DNA from: Thermoplasmata archaeon
GTDB taxonomy: Archaea; Thermoplasmatota; Thermoplasmata; RBG-16-68-12; JAFNFQ01
Assembly: GCA_041489255.1 (NCBI GenBank)
Contig: JBGPQV010000012.1
Location: 1-64,000, forward strand
Reading direction: 5' to 3'
Length of the DNA stretch: 64,000 nucleotides
In this document: one piece after another, positions 47,501 to 56,042 of the stretch
Layout of the letters: each line of letters begins with the position of its first letter
Numbering within the stretch: the stretch's first letter is position 1
Translations under genes and position numbers: made by a program
The notes under the pieces: model-generated
Told to the model about the DNA's origin: nothing
Seen by the model: only the letters and a program-made list of their open reading frames with translations
The model's database searches: none

Positions 47501-49460
47501 ACACGTCGTCCGCGTTCGGCGTGGGACCGCCATTCGCGTCCGTGTCGAACCCGATCGCGACACCGTCAGCGAGATCAGGCGTCATCTCATCCGCGACGTC
47601 GATGGCGATGAACAGGTGCGTGGCGTTGTTCTCTGCGGTCAGGTAGCCTGGGACACGGTTTCCCGCAGGAATGTCGAGAGGGACAGTCGATCCGGGATCC
47701 AGGAGATACTCGTTCGACATCCAAATCTCGTCGGGTCTCGGCGTCAGGCCTGGCCATGAAAGGTTGAGCGTCGGACGCTGTCCCTGCACGATCGTGGCCC
47801 ACCCTCCCGCCGCCGGGAAGTTCGTGCTCGATATGATGTCGATGCTTCCTCCGGGAAGTTTGATGCCCGAATCGCTCACTGTCACATTCATCACGCGACC
47901 GAGGATGGCGAACGGAGCGACATCGATTACTATGAGGAGCGTCTCGGGGGAACCCGAGACAACCCTCAGGAAGAAGTTCAGCGTGGCCCTCGCCGGCGAG
48001 CCGCTCGGAGCGCCGGTCGCCAAGACGACGTCCGTTCCAGGGGTGTAGTTCCGATCTTGGTCCAAATCCCGCAGAACCTTCACAGCCCAAACGTCCGAAG
48101 CGCCGACACCGCCGCCGAGCATGACATCAATGCCGCTCAGATCGACAAGGTTCTGGTCCGCATTCAGTCGCATCGAGAGGACCGGCACGTCAGTGGCCCA
48201 CTGAGCTACCGAGGAGGGAGAGAGAGGCGTAAAGCCGGCAAGCATGAGCGTGTCCTGGCTCGCCACGATTCTCGTGCGGACACCAGCCGCGTAGGTGTCG
48301 AAGGGGAGCCCGACCGAACTGACTGTATCCGGATACTCGACGGAGATGGAATTGGCGCCGGTCAGGCGAGCGCCTATCCAGTCGTCGATGCCGGCGGTGG
48401 AGTTCAGGTCATAGGAGACGAAAGCCCGTACGGATGCCGCCATCGTCACTTGCAGGGAGCAGGACAGTCGCGCGACGAGCGAGACTTCACCGAACCTCGA
48501 CTCCGCAAGAACAACATCTGGAGGACCGGGCGTGAACGCTCCATCCCCGTTGTCCAGCCAGAGGCGCGCCTTGTTCACATCCTCCACTCCCGCACCCAGC
48601 CCGGAGAGGGTCACCTCGACCGCCTTCACGAGGACTTCGTTGGTCGGCACCGAGAGGTCCAGCTGCATCATCGGGACGTCCGCGCTGCCCTGTGCAGCGG
48701 TCGAGGGCGCAATCGATGATCCGGAGACGCGGAGCTGATCCGGCGACAGCGATGCATCGGACGGCGGCAGGAAGGCGACCGCCAGCTGATTCGCGAGCGG
48801 CCCGGGATAGACCAGGCCGCTGCTGCCCGTCGCGTTCTCGATGCCCGCGAGAGGAGTCGAGGCGAGGCCGTTCAGGGAGCTGTACTGGATCGTGATGCGG
48901 CCGTCCTTCCACAGCTCGTTCTGCTCGAGGATGATCTCGAACGTCTCGGTCTGAGTCGAGTACGTCTTGTAGACGCGGTCCCACGCTATGATGAACCGCC
49001 GAGGCGTCGACGAGGGGTACGACCTCACATAGACGCTCCCGCTCCCCTCCGCGGCGGGATTGAGATCGATGCCGAGGGCGACGGCCCTGCTGTTCGGAGC
49101 TGCGGGGTCGGGGATTGGCGGGTCGGCGAAGAAGGAGTCGGGGACCGCGAACGTGATGAAGCCGTTCGAGCAGACGTAGATCCGGTCTATGATGGTCCCG
49201 TAGAACCTGAACTGGAAGTTGAGGCTGACTTCGAAGGTGCACCCGTCGTCCGGCAAAGTGAGTCTGCTGCCGGAGGTCGTGATGTCGATGTAGTTGTAGG
49301 TGACGATGGGGGATGGAGTGCGGCTGTCCACCCAGACATATCCATATGAATCCGGACCGCCAGAGACCGCTTTTGCGGGCGCGGAACTGAGCAGGGGCAT
49401 TGCGACGAGAACGGCAGCAATGACGGTCAGCCACTTCGGCGATGAAGCTGTGACGGTCAG
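44586..49460 (-). CDS. Giant membrane-anchored surface protein: nidogen-like N-domain, repeated beta-sandwiches, DOMON-like, FN3, CarboxypepD_reg-like, TM, Lys/Ala-rich tail
   Basis: GGPDSYGY, F.FYG....IYVCSNGFITF; three L..D.D..G..T.G.D..L repeats; IPAWLL TM. Start is either CTG 49460 (SD-supported) or TTG 49529. Confidence 0.8.
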   Translation of the reverse strand: MTVTASSPKWLTVIAAVLVAMPLLSSAPAKAVSGGPDSYGYVWVDSRTPSPIVTYNYIDITTSGSRLTLPDDGCTFEVSLNFQFRFYGTIIDRIYVCSNGFITFAVPDSFFADPPIPDPAAPNSRAVALGIDLNPAAEGSGSVYVRSYPSSTPRRFIIAWDRVYKTYSTQTETFEIILEQNELWKDGRITIQYSSLNGLASTPLAGIENATGSSGLVYPGPLANQLAVAFLPPSDASLSPDQLRVSGSSIAPSTAAQGSADVPMMQLDLSVPTNEVLVKAVEVTLSGLGAGVEDVNKARLWLDNGDGAFTPGPPDVVLAESRFGEVSLVARLSCSLQVTMAASVRAFVSYDLNSTAGIDDWIGARLTGANSISVEYPDTVSSVGLPFDTYAAGVRTRIVASQDTLMLAGFTPLSPSSVAQWATDVPVLSMRLNADQNLVDLSGIDVMLGGGVGASDVWAVKVLRDLDQDRNYTPGTDVVLATGAPSGSPARATLNFFLRVVSGSPETLLIVIDVAPFAILGRVMNVTVSDSGIKLPGGSIDIISSTNFPAAGGWATIVQGQRPTLNLSWPGLTPRPDEIWMSNEYLLDPGSTVPLDIPAGNRVPGYLTAENNATHLFIAIDVADEMTPDLADGVAIGFDTDANGGPTPNADDVFAVNATEGWHLQYNSGAGAWRSIGSCLRAPPTGDILVPSCAAGIGATAFSTTPHRFYEFAIPLAVLGVPLPIPPNTVLRFALAAPPYNGLLAAGNRSTWPLLFAPLPPLTHFGNLVLARGSAPNQPPALDWVGDLGYETDGLDPESGSSDGTFLWRISYSDVDNNPPAIGQPLLHVLRGGVEIAGGPFLMTAEDPSDHDFRDGYVFVRGLMGLQCGGSFSYHFSVRDSRGLTNSTQDRNGPVVYCPDQPPGLLGGTVSPVQGIAGDTFTYRVVYQDAEGVAPKSIDVSLFMGDVGLASIALANMGWIADPDNYSAGAIFGASVILTAPGLNYSYQFNASDNNNTVLSVIFFGPYVLAKPPDLLSVAGVDLAPIMVDEGAQLVPFLQLFLFTSDPDINVTGIRVDRIGTASDTDVDRILMYNDLDYSGTVTGPDQLLGASAPTSGTVMFPVSLQVVQSASTSLILLVDFARPGTADATVGLEVKDSSYVSVESSDYVQSFSTIRSTRALINAPPEAIGLTVDGHAGGTEGISHVRSDAPVLGWQFLDANSGDLTQAAYNVSVGLVSPPTLLWFQNGTGSTSSIAYNGSTLTRSTALQMRVSVSDGVAWSAPAEAYFRLNSPPSVPPPFSPSNGSVDLDPNVTLMWQPATDADGDAVKYQYWISEDEGFGTSVTGTSDVPSVTLHLAEATTHYWRLGATDGWEYAGNATVWHFSTIGAGPPPTRGEVRGRIMGGNAPISGALVELLADSTVVRANVTGGDGVFRILNLDLRLYTVRVSAYGFNPRTLSAQPRLNQSVADLGDIVLTRASGGDGIPAWLLGIVAGLAAGLLLLGILVLFLLRRGRREKGKASAVAQKKAVRPGQTKPAAATQKKADVKQVGKPGEGKVAVAMQKKPEGAKASGPAKKSTPAAAAKKTEAGKTVKPGGGKTAATLQKKAEETKTSAPSKGGAVAVETKKPETEKADEPAEDKGGK

Positions 49461-49586
49461 ACCTCTCTCCCCCTTCGAGCTTGACAATATACAGGGAGAA
49501 GTCTGGCTATAAATTCTTTGGTGCGTCAACGGAGAATACCAGAGGAATCCCCGCCAGGATTCGGCGGATTCTCCACGGACCCCGCC

Positions 49587-49703
49587 TCACCTGCTCATCA
49601 GCTTGATGATCGCCTCAGGTTCCCCGTTGCACTCCTCCAGCGCCTTCCTCGCATCTTCCTCGGACACCCCCGCCTTCTCTGCGACGAGCCTGACGTCCTC
49701 GAT
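49587..49703 (-). pseudogene. nac: Displaced 3' fragment of nac (copy 2)
   Basis: Translates as [38 protein letters not shown]. It differs from 51647-51766 by 8 substitutions and one 3-nt deletion. Confidence 0.93.
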
Positions 49704-49797
49704 ATGAGCTGATGTTTTCCCGGCCTAATCAGAGCCTCTCCTCAGGCTTGCTGAAACAGTCCACGACAGATGGACGGGATCGAATGGTCCAATCGTG

Positions 49798-50751
49798 TCA
49801 ACCGTTCTTCGCCTTCCGTGTCTGCAATATCCACATCGCCGAGGGATGGCGAAAGACATCAGGATTGTGATTGAATCCTTCAAGCAGCTCCTCAGGGTCG
49901 AAACTGAGTTCGTCGAGGAAACGGTGCAAGAAAACTGCCTCCTTCTCGTCCAGAATCCTCAGCGGGTCGATGAACCGCCTTGCGCGGCTGAGCAGGTCGC
50001 TCGGGTCGAACCCGCCGCGACCTTTCACATAGGAGAGCATGACGTTCCTAATTTCCTTGGGTTCGACCATGAGGTCCAGATCCGCTCGGCGCAGGTCCAC
50101 CTGGTCCAGGGCGCAGTAGAACACGGCGAGTTGCCGTGCCGGAGGAGAAATGCGTTCCCCCATATTCTCCGACGCCGTTGCGATGTCGAATATGTCTTTG
50201 GCCCCCTTCCTTTGGATGAGGGCGCGCACCTTGCCCGCGACCAGCTCGGCCAACTGGTAGGTCTGCACAGGCGGTTTCGGGAGTTCGAATGGGTGACTGA
50301 TACGCTTCCTGACCAGCTCCAGCACAGGCACGCGTTCGAGGAAGTTGATCTCGACCTTGAGCTTCTCATTCCCTCCGGTGACAGCCTCGTAGCCTAGGTC
50401 GTAGGAGGAAAGGGCGTACCCTCCCCTCGGCTCCCCGACCGTGTAGCCAAGCACGCTGAAGAGGTTTGCCGCGGCAGCCGCGACCATTGGCCGCGTCCTC
50501 AGCGTCTCATCGCGGGCAGCGTCCCCCACGAAGTTGAAGTCCAGGTCCACGGAGAGCCGCCTGAAATCCGAGTGCAGGAAATTGAGCGCTGTGCCGCCCT
50601 TCAGCGCGAGCGAATGCTGAAGGAGGGGATTCTCCTGAAAACGGGCGAGGATCTCCACCAGGCGGTACGCTTTCTCCAGCTCCACCACTCGAAAACCCGT
50701 TCGAGCAGCGACCTGCCCGAAGTACCCTTTCCCCGGCCCCCTATACGCCAC
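49798..50751 (-). CDS. abiEii: AbiEii/AbiGii-family nucleotidyltransferase toxin (type IV TA)
   Basis: LEKAYRL, ALKGGTALN, RLSVDLDF, LKVEINF and ELVAGKVRAL..R..KDIFD. GTG 50751 overlaps the antitoxin end. Confidence 0.85.
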   Translation of the reverse strand: MAYRGPGKGYFGQVAARTGFRVVELEKAYRLVEILARFQENPLLQHSLALKGGTALNFLHSDFRRLSVDLDFNFVGDAARDETLRTRPMVAAAAANLFSVLGYTVGEPRGGYALSSYDLGYEAVTGGNEKLKVEINFLERVPVLELVRKRISHPFELPKPPVQTYQLAELVAGKVRALIQRKGAKDIFDIATASENMGERISPPARQLAVFYCALDQVDLRRADLDLMVEPKEIRNVMLSYVKGRGGFDPSDLLSRARRFIDPLRILDEKEAVFLHRFLDELSFDPEELLEGFNHNPDVFRHPSAMWILQTRKAKNG

Positions 50752-51559
50752 GCAGCAGCGCCTCCACGTTCCTTGGCACGACCAGTCGCCACTCGGAGTC
50801 GTAGCGACCGCCCCGTGTCCCCGGGACAAGGTAGTAGGTCCGCTGCGAGAGCTTGGCCTGCAGGGCCGCCAGCAGTCCCTCGGGCACCCGTCCGCCTTCT
50901 CCGACCATCGACAAGACGAAACCGAGCCGATGGTAGAGCGATTTCACGCCGAACAGATTGAGGTGCGAGAGGATTCTGCGCCGGTTGAGGTAGGGCAGGC
51001 CCTGAAAGCTCTTGAGCACCTCTTCCAGGCCCCCCGCCAGATCAAGGCGGCGGATGCATTCCACCACCGTGCGCTCCAAGTCGCTCACCTTGATTGTGAC
51101 CCCGGCGTGAAGAACATCCTTCAAGCCGAAGAAGTGGCGCTCGAGGACGAAGGTGTAGGCCATCCCTTGATATTCGAAGGGACCTCGCCGGCGACTCACG
51201 GAAGCGAACGTGGCCGAGATGCGGGAGTGAGCGATTCCATGGATCTCAAGGGCTGAGTGATGGGAGAGGAAATAGCGTCCGTGCGCGGCGCGGGCCGCCA
51301 GGATGTAGGGGTCTGCCACGACATCTTTCCCTCGGAGCTCCGGCGGAGCCAAGACATAGAGACCTCCGCGAACCTTCCGCACAAAGCCCTTCTTCTGCAG
51401 TCGCCAAAGGATGGAACGCGCAGTCGAATAGTTGCGGAGTATCCGGGTCACATCTCCGAGGGTGGTCACGTGGTCAGGCAGGAGGGACAGGTAGACCTCC
51501 TGTTCGGCCGGAGTCAAGAGTTCGCCTTGTGCTGTTTTTGTTGACCGTACGGTATACAT
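50741..51559 (-). CDS. abiEi: AbiEi-family antitoxin / wHTH regulator
   Basis: L.RLQKKG...VRGGLY wHTH, YFLSHHSALEIHG, VSDLERTVVEC and RLGFVL. Confidence 0.85.
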   Translation of the reverse strand: MYTVRSTKTAQGELLTPAEQEVYLSLLPDHVTTLGDVTRILRNYSTARSILWRLQKKGFVRKVRGGLYVLAPPELRGKDVVADPYILAARAAHGRYFLSHHSALEIHGIAHSRISATFASVSRRRGPFEYQGMAYTFVLERHFFGLKDVLHAGVTIKVSDLERTVVECIRRLDLAGGLEEVLKSFQGLPYLNRRRILSHLNLFGVKSLYHRLGFVLSMVGEGGRVPEGLLAALQAKLSQRTYYLVPGTRGGRYDSEWRLVVPRNVEALLRGV

Positions 51560-51646
51560 TCTCTACACAGAGCGTAGAACTTCCCAATAAGCCTTTCGCG
51601 CGAATCCAGCAGAAAGTTCTATGAGGATCAGAAGCGGGCTGGTCAA

Positions 51647-52012
51647 TTACCTGTTCATCAGCTTGATGATCGCCTCAGCAGGTTCCCCGTTGCACTCCTC
51701 CAGCGCCTTCCTCGCCTCTTCCTCGGAAACTCCCGCTTTCTCCGCGACGAGCCTGACGTCCTCTATGGGTATCGCTGGCTTTCCCGGCGTGCCGCTCCCC
51801 TTCGCCCTCTCCTCCGGCTCGCCGACCACTTGGAATACGGTGCCTTGGCCTTTCACGTTCATCCTCGTGACCTGAGCGCTGGCGATGACATACTCCTTGT
51901 CCGCCGCCCTGATGATGACCTCCTCCACCCCTTCTATCTCCTCGGACTCGATTCCCATCTGCTTCATCATCCGCCTCATCTGGCGAGGGTCCATTCGGCC
52001 ACCTGGAATCAT
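51647..52012 (-). CDS. nac: Archaeal nascent polypeptide-associated complex protein
   Basis: MIPGGRMDPRQMRRMMKQMGI..EEI..VEEVII NAC domain plus UBA domain; SD AGGTGA before ATG 52012; TTTAAA at about 52047-52052. Confidence 0.95.
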   Translation of the reverse strand: MIPGGRMDPRQMRRMMKQMGIESEEIEGVEEVIIRAADKEYVIASAQVTRMNVKGQGTVFQVVGEPEERAKGSGTPGKPAIPIEDVRLVAEKAGVSEEEARKALEECNGEPAEAIIKLMNR

Positions 52013-52152
52013 CGGTTCACCTGAATCTCGGAGCGGTGATTGACGGTTTAAACATTGCGTGGGAGGATGGACCCCACATTCCGGCGGTAATCCAATCTGA
52101 CAAGATATATAGCTCCGGCACCAATGGGCGGCGGCAATCGGAGGAGCAACCC

Positions 52153-52770
52153 ATGAGTCCAGTGGATTTCGAGACAGAGGTTGGCAAGCTGGCGGCTTCA
52201 CTCTATCGCGTCGACGGGGTCCAGACCGCGTTCCTGCTCGGCAGCCGCGCGAAAGGCAAGGCGGTCAAGGGCCCCGACGTGGACCTCCTTGCGCTCTTCA
52301 AAGACGAGAAGAGCCTTTTGAGAGGTCGAAATGAGGTGTCCAAGACTGCGGCAGCCACAAGCTTGTTCGCCCAGGTGCTCGCACGTGCCATCGAGGATTT
52401 CTGGGAGACGACGGAGCGCACTTTCAGGGGAGAGATGCTCCGCGACGGTCGGGCCATATTCCTGAGCCCGCCGATTGCCGCTGTCTCCGACTCGATGGTG
52501 CTCCTCGCATATGACCCGAGAAGACTCGACAAGGGCGACGAGATGAAGGTGCGGAACGGATTCCAGGTCCTGGTGAAGAAGGGAGCGCGGTGGCTCGGGA
52601 CGGGGTTCCTGCTGCTGGGGATGGAGGACGCGTTCGCCGCCGAGAACATACTGCATCCGATGGGAGTCGACTTCGAACTGATCCCGGCTCTGATGCCGCA
52701 CGTGCGCCAATCGTCGGGAGACAACCAGGGTCGTGGCAAACCCCTCCGACGCCGGACCGAGCGCAAGTGA
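52153..52770 (+). CDS. Minimal nucleotidyltransferase (MNT-like) with a C-terminal small alpha/beta domain
   Basis: LLGSRAKG...DVDL (GS..DxD motif); SD GGAGGAG before ATG 52153. Confidence 0.7.
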   Translation: MSPVDFETEVGKLAASLYRVDGVQTAFLLGSRAKGKAVKGPDVDLLALFKDEKSLLRGRNEVSKTAAATSLFAQVLARAIEDFWETTERTFRGEMLRDGRAIFLSPPIAAVSDSMVLLAYDPRRLDKGDEMKVRNGFQVLVKKGARWLGTGFLLLGMEDAFAAENILHPMGVDFELIPALMPHVRQSSGDNQGRGKPLRRRTERK

Positions 52771-52852
52771 TCTCCCGGCGACTCGGATGGATTCGGATGT
52801 TGGCGTGCCGCTCAACAATCCTTAATTATCGCGATGGCTCTACCGCAGGGCA

Positions 52853-53824
52853 ATGGTGAGCCTCGCCGAATTCGGTGAACGTAACGCCGTGAAGGAGCTC
52901 ATGCGGGTCTTCGATAGAGGCTACTCACCCGGCCTCGGCGACGACTGCGGCATCATCCCGTTCGGCGACCAGTACCTCCTCCTCACCACCGATGTCGTGA
53001 ACGAGAAGACGCACTTCCCCAAGGGGACCACGCCCTACGACATGGGCTGGTACTCCGTGGCGGTGAACCTGAGCGACGTCGCCGCGATGGGCGGCTATCC
53101 CCTCGCCTTCATTGCGGCACTGACCCTCCCCAGGACCACCGACCTCTCCCTCCTCCGCGAGGTCGCGCGCGGCATGGACGCGTGCACGAAGGAGTACGGC
53201 GTGGCGGTGTACGGCGGTGACACCAAGGAGGGCGACTCCATATCGATAGCCGGCGTGGCCCTCGGGCGCGTTTCCAAGGACAGGATACTCCTGAGGAAGG
53301 GCAGCAAGGTCGGCGACATCATCGCTGTCACGGGCGAGATAGGGCGCGGCGGCTGGGCGGCGGAGACGATCCGCAAGACGGGGTCGAACAAAGAGGCGAT
53401 TGAGACGCTCCTCCATCCGAGCCCCCGGCTCGAGGAGGGGCGGCACTTGGCCGAATCGGGAGCGGTGACCGCATGCATGGACACGTCCGACGGCCTTGCG
53501 AGTACGCTGCACCAAATGCGCGAGCAGAACGCGACGGGGTTCGAGGTCGAGCAGGGAAGACTGCCTTTCTATCCGAAGCTGCGGACGATGCCTGCCCCCG
53601 ACATGACGAGGCTTGCGATCTACCATGGCGGCGACTACGAGCTCGTCGCGACGGTCAAGCCTGAGGAGTACGAGAACCTCAGGGCCACGCTCGCGAAGCA
53701 TAACGCTCATCTCACCGCGATAGGTCATGTCACGAAGGACAAGGATTGCGTGCTCGTGACCGACAAGGGCAGGGAGCAGATAGCCGACCGAGGCTGGGAG
53801 CACTTCCGCGCGGTCCCGCTCTGA
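52853..53824 (+). CDS. thiL: Thiamine-monophosphate kinase
   Basis: GDDC, TTD...THF, VNLSDVAAMGG, GGDT, MDTSDGL, GGDYEL and GWEHF. Confidence 0.93.
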   Translation: MVSLAEFGERNAVKELMRVFDRGYSPGLGDDCGIIPFGDQYLLLTTDVVNEKTHFPKGTTPYDMGWYSVAVNLSDVAAMGGYPLAFIAALTLPRTTDLSLLREVARGMDACTKEYGVAVYGGDTKEGDSISIAGVALGRVSKDRILLRKGSKVGDIIAVTGEIGRGGWAAETIRKTGSNKEAIETLLHPSPRLEEGRHLAESGAVTACMDTSDGLASTLHQMREQNATGFEVEQGRLPFYPKLRTMPAPDMTRLAIYHGGDYELVATVKPEEYENLRATLAKHNAHLTAIGHVTKDKDCVLVTDKGREQIADRGWEHFRAVPL

Positions 53825-53877
53825 CCCTCCATGTCCGGAATGCTTTTTAGAGCGGTGTGCCCTTCATCGATGGGAGA

Positions 53878-54987
53878 ATGCAGTCGGAGACCGCCGCCGG
53901 AGAAAAAGCGCCGTCCCCCATCGGCAAGCCCGTGTCCCTCTGGACCTCGCTACCCGACGGCAGGATCATGTGCACCGCCTGCGCGCGCTACTGCCGCCTC
54001 AAGGACGGCCAGACAGGTTTCTGCGGCATCAGGGGGGTCCACAAGGGGAAGCTCCACCTCTACGCGTACGGGCGGATTATAACCGGCCACGTCGACCCGA
54101 TCGAGAAGAAGCCGGTCATCCACTACAGGCCTGGCAGCAAGATATTCTCCATAGCCACGACAGGCTGCAACTGGATGTGCCAGTACTGCCAGAACTTCGA
54201 CATCAGCCAGAGGAGGAGGGTCGAGGGGACCGAGGTCGAGCCCGCCGACGTCGTCCGCATGACGCAGGAGCACGGCTGCCAGGGCATCGCCTACACCTAC
54301 AACGAGCCCTCGATATTCATGGAGTTCGCTCACGACGTCGGGGTCCTCGCGCGCAAGGCCGGCTTGGTCAACATGTTCGTGTCGAACGGCTACAGCACCC
54401 CCGACGCTGTCGCGATGATGCCCGACTTCCTCGACTGCATCACCGTCGACTTCAAGGGGAGCGGGGAGAAGAGCTTCGTCCGCAAGTACATACACATCCC
54501 AGACGCCGAGCCGATCTTCCAGACGCTGCTCGAGATGAAGCGCAAGACGAATGTGCACATCGAGGTGACTGACCTGATTGTGCCGCAGGTCGGCGACGAC
54601 ATCGAGGCGGCGAGGCGCCTCTCGAACTGGGTGATGGACAACCTCGGGCCCGACACGGTGATCCACTTCCTCAGGTTCCACCCGGACTACAGGATGATGG
54701 ACATTCCCAGCACGCCCGTCAAGACGCTGGAGATGCACTGCGGCGTCGCGAAGGAGGCGGGGCTGAGGTTCGTCTACATCGGGAACGTGCCGGGCCACCC
54801 GATGGAGCACACCTACTGCCCGGAGTGCGGGACGATGGCGGTGAGGCGCATGGGGTTCGACATCGTCGGCTGGTACCTCGACGAGAAGAACCGCTGCAAG
54901 TCGTGCGGCTACCAGCTGCCGATCGTCGGCACGCTCGAGAAGACCGTAGGCGAGGACCGTTTCTACTCGGTTCTGCACCACGGCTAG
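53878..54987 (+). CDS. amrS: AmmeMemoRadiSam system radical SAM enzyme
   Basis: CTACARYC..GFCGIR, DPIEKKP, GCNWMCQYCQN, AYTYNEP, RFHPDY and YIGNVPG...TYCPECG. Confidence 0.9.
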   Translation: MQSETAAGEKAPSPIGKPVSLWTSLPDGRIMCTACARYCRLKDGQTGFCGIRGVHKGKLHLYAYGRIITGHVDPIEKKPVIHYRPGSKIFSIATTGCNWMCQYCQNFDISQRRRVEGTEVEPADVVRMTQEHGCQGIAYTYNEPSIFMEFAHDVGVLARKAGLVNMFVSNGYSTPDAVAMMPDFLDCITVDFKGSGEKSFVRKYIHIPDAEPIFQTLLEMKRKTNVHIEVTDLIVPQVGDDIEAARRLSNWVMDNLGPDTVIHFLRFHPDYRMMDIPSTPVKTLEMHCGVAKEAGLRFVYIGNVPGHPMEHTYCPECGTMAVRRMGFDIVGWYLDEKNRCKSCGYQLPIVGTLEKTVGEDRFYSVLHHG

Positions 54988-55925
54988 GTGGGGAGCCTGC
55001 CCTTCTCCATCAGCGGGTTTCCGTCGATCTCCACGGTCGCTTCGGTCATGATGCCGTCGACCCTCACGTCGCAGTCGACCTTCCCGCCGAATGGCGCGCT
55101 CCCGCCAAAGACGATGTGGACCGCCCCGAGCGCCTTCTGCGCCTCGACTATCTGCCCCTTCGGCCTCGCCCGGGGGTTCAGTCCGATGCCGAACTTGCCC
55201 AGGTTTCTCCCGTCCTTCCCGCCCCTGTTCATCTCCGCGACCGCGTTCTTCGCGCCGACGACGCGCGTCGCGTAACCTTTGTCCAGGACGAGCGTGGCCG
55301 GCTGCTCGACGAGGTCGTGAAGCCTGATGTTGAACACCAGTCGCCCTTCTCCGGTCTCTTCCACCGGGGCCACGAAGACCTCCCCGGCCGGAAGCGTGGT
55401 CACCTCGCCCCTCCTCTTCGCGAAGCCGGTGTCCTTAGTGATCCACTCGCGTCTCTTGACGCTGAACGTCGCGTCGGTCCCGCCACCCGAAGTGATGTGG
55501 ACCTTCCTCGCGTTCCTCAGCTTCCTTTCCATGATTCTCAGGACCCTGCCTATCTCCTCGTAGTCCGCGGTGATCCCGCCCCCGCTCATCGACTCCTCGG
55601 TCACGCCGGGGAGAGAGGCAATCCTCGCGCCCGCTTTCGTCGCCCTGACCCTTGCCATCGTGTGCGTCATCGACGTCCCCGTGGCGAGAACGATGACCTC
55701 GCACTCGAGCATGAGCTTAGCGAGTGGCTCAGGTGGCTCCTGCGCCTGCCTCACGCGCGGCGGCACTATGGTCAGGATGGGCACCGCCTCGGCGCGCCTC
55801 GCTGACTGGAAGATCGCCTCGCCCACCGCCTTCCTGTCGACGTCAGCGATGATCAGCACGTGCTCTCCTTTGCGCACCGAGAGACACTGGCCAACAATCC
55901 TGTCGGCACCCTCCTCAATGGGCAT
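54984..55925 (-). CDS. M29 (AmpS/AmpT-like) aminopeptidase homolog with degenerate metal site
   Basis: GEHVLIIAD, EPPE, SMTHT.AR, LPAGEVFVAP, FGIGLNP and HIVFG. Confidence 0.8.
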   Translation of the reverse strand: MPIEEGADRIVGQCLSVRKGEHVLIIADVDRKAVGEAIFQSARRAEAVPILTIVPPRVRQAQEPPEPLAKLMLECEVIVLATGTSMTHTMARVRATKAGARIASLPGVTEESMSGGGITADYEEIGRVLRIMERKLRNARKVHITSGGGTDATFSVKRREWITKDTGFAKRRGEVTTLPAGEVFVAPVEETGEGRLVFNIRLHDLVEQPATLVLDKGYATRVVGAKNAVAEMNRGGKDGRNLGKFGIGLNPRARPKGQIVEAQKALGAVHIVFGGSAPFGGKVDCDVRVDGIMTEATVEIDGNPLMEKGRLPT

Positions 55926-55997
55926 GGCGTATAGTGAATGCACTATCGACTATAATTTGATTTATCAGGTGTACCGCGCCGCCGCATAGGTAGAAGC

Positions 55998-56005
55998 TAT
56001 AAATA
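55998..56005 (+). promoter_or_regulatory. TATA box for the roadblock gene
   Basis: TATAAATA about 38 nt upstream of an SD-preceded TTG at 56043. Confidence 0.6.
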
Positions 56006-56042
56006 TCAATGCAACAATTAGCTACGAAAGAGGAGCAGGGGT

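Noticed and set aside
27695-51646. Provirus or casposon between the nac repeats
   Set aside because: No integrase, Cas1, polymerase, capsid or packaging genes were found.
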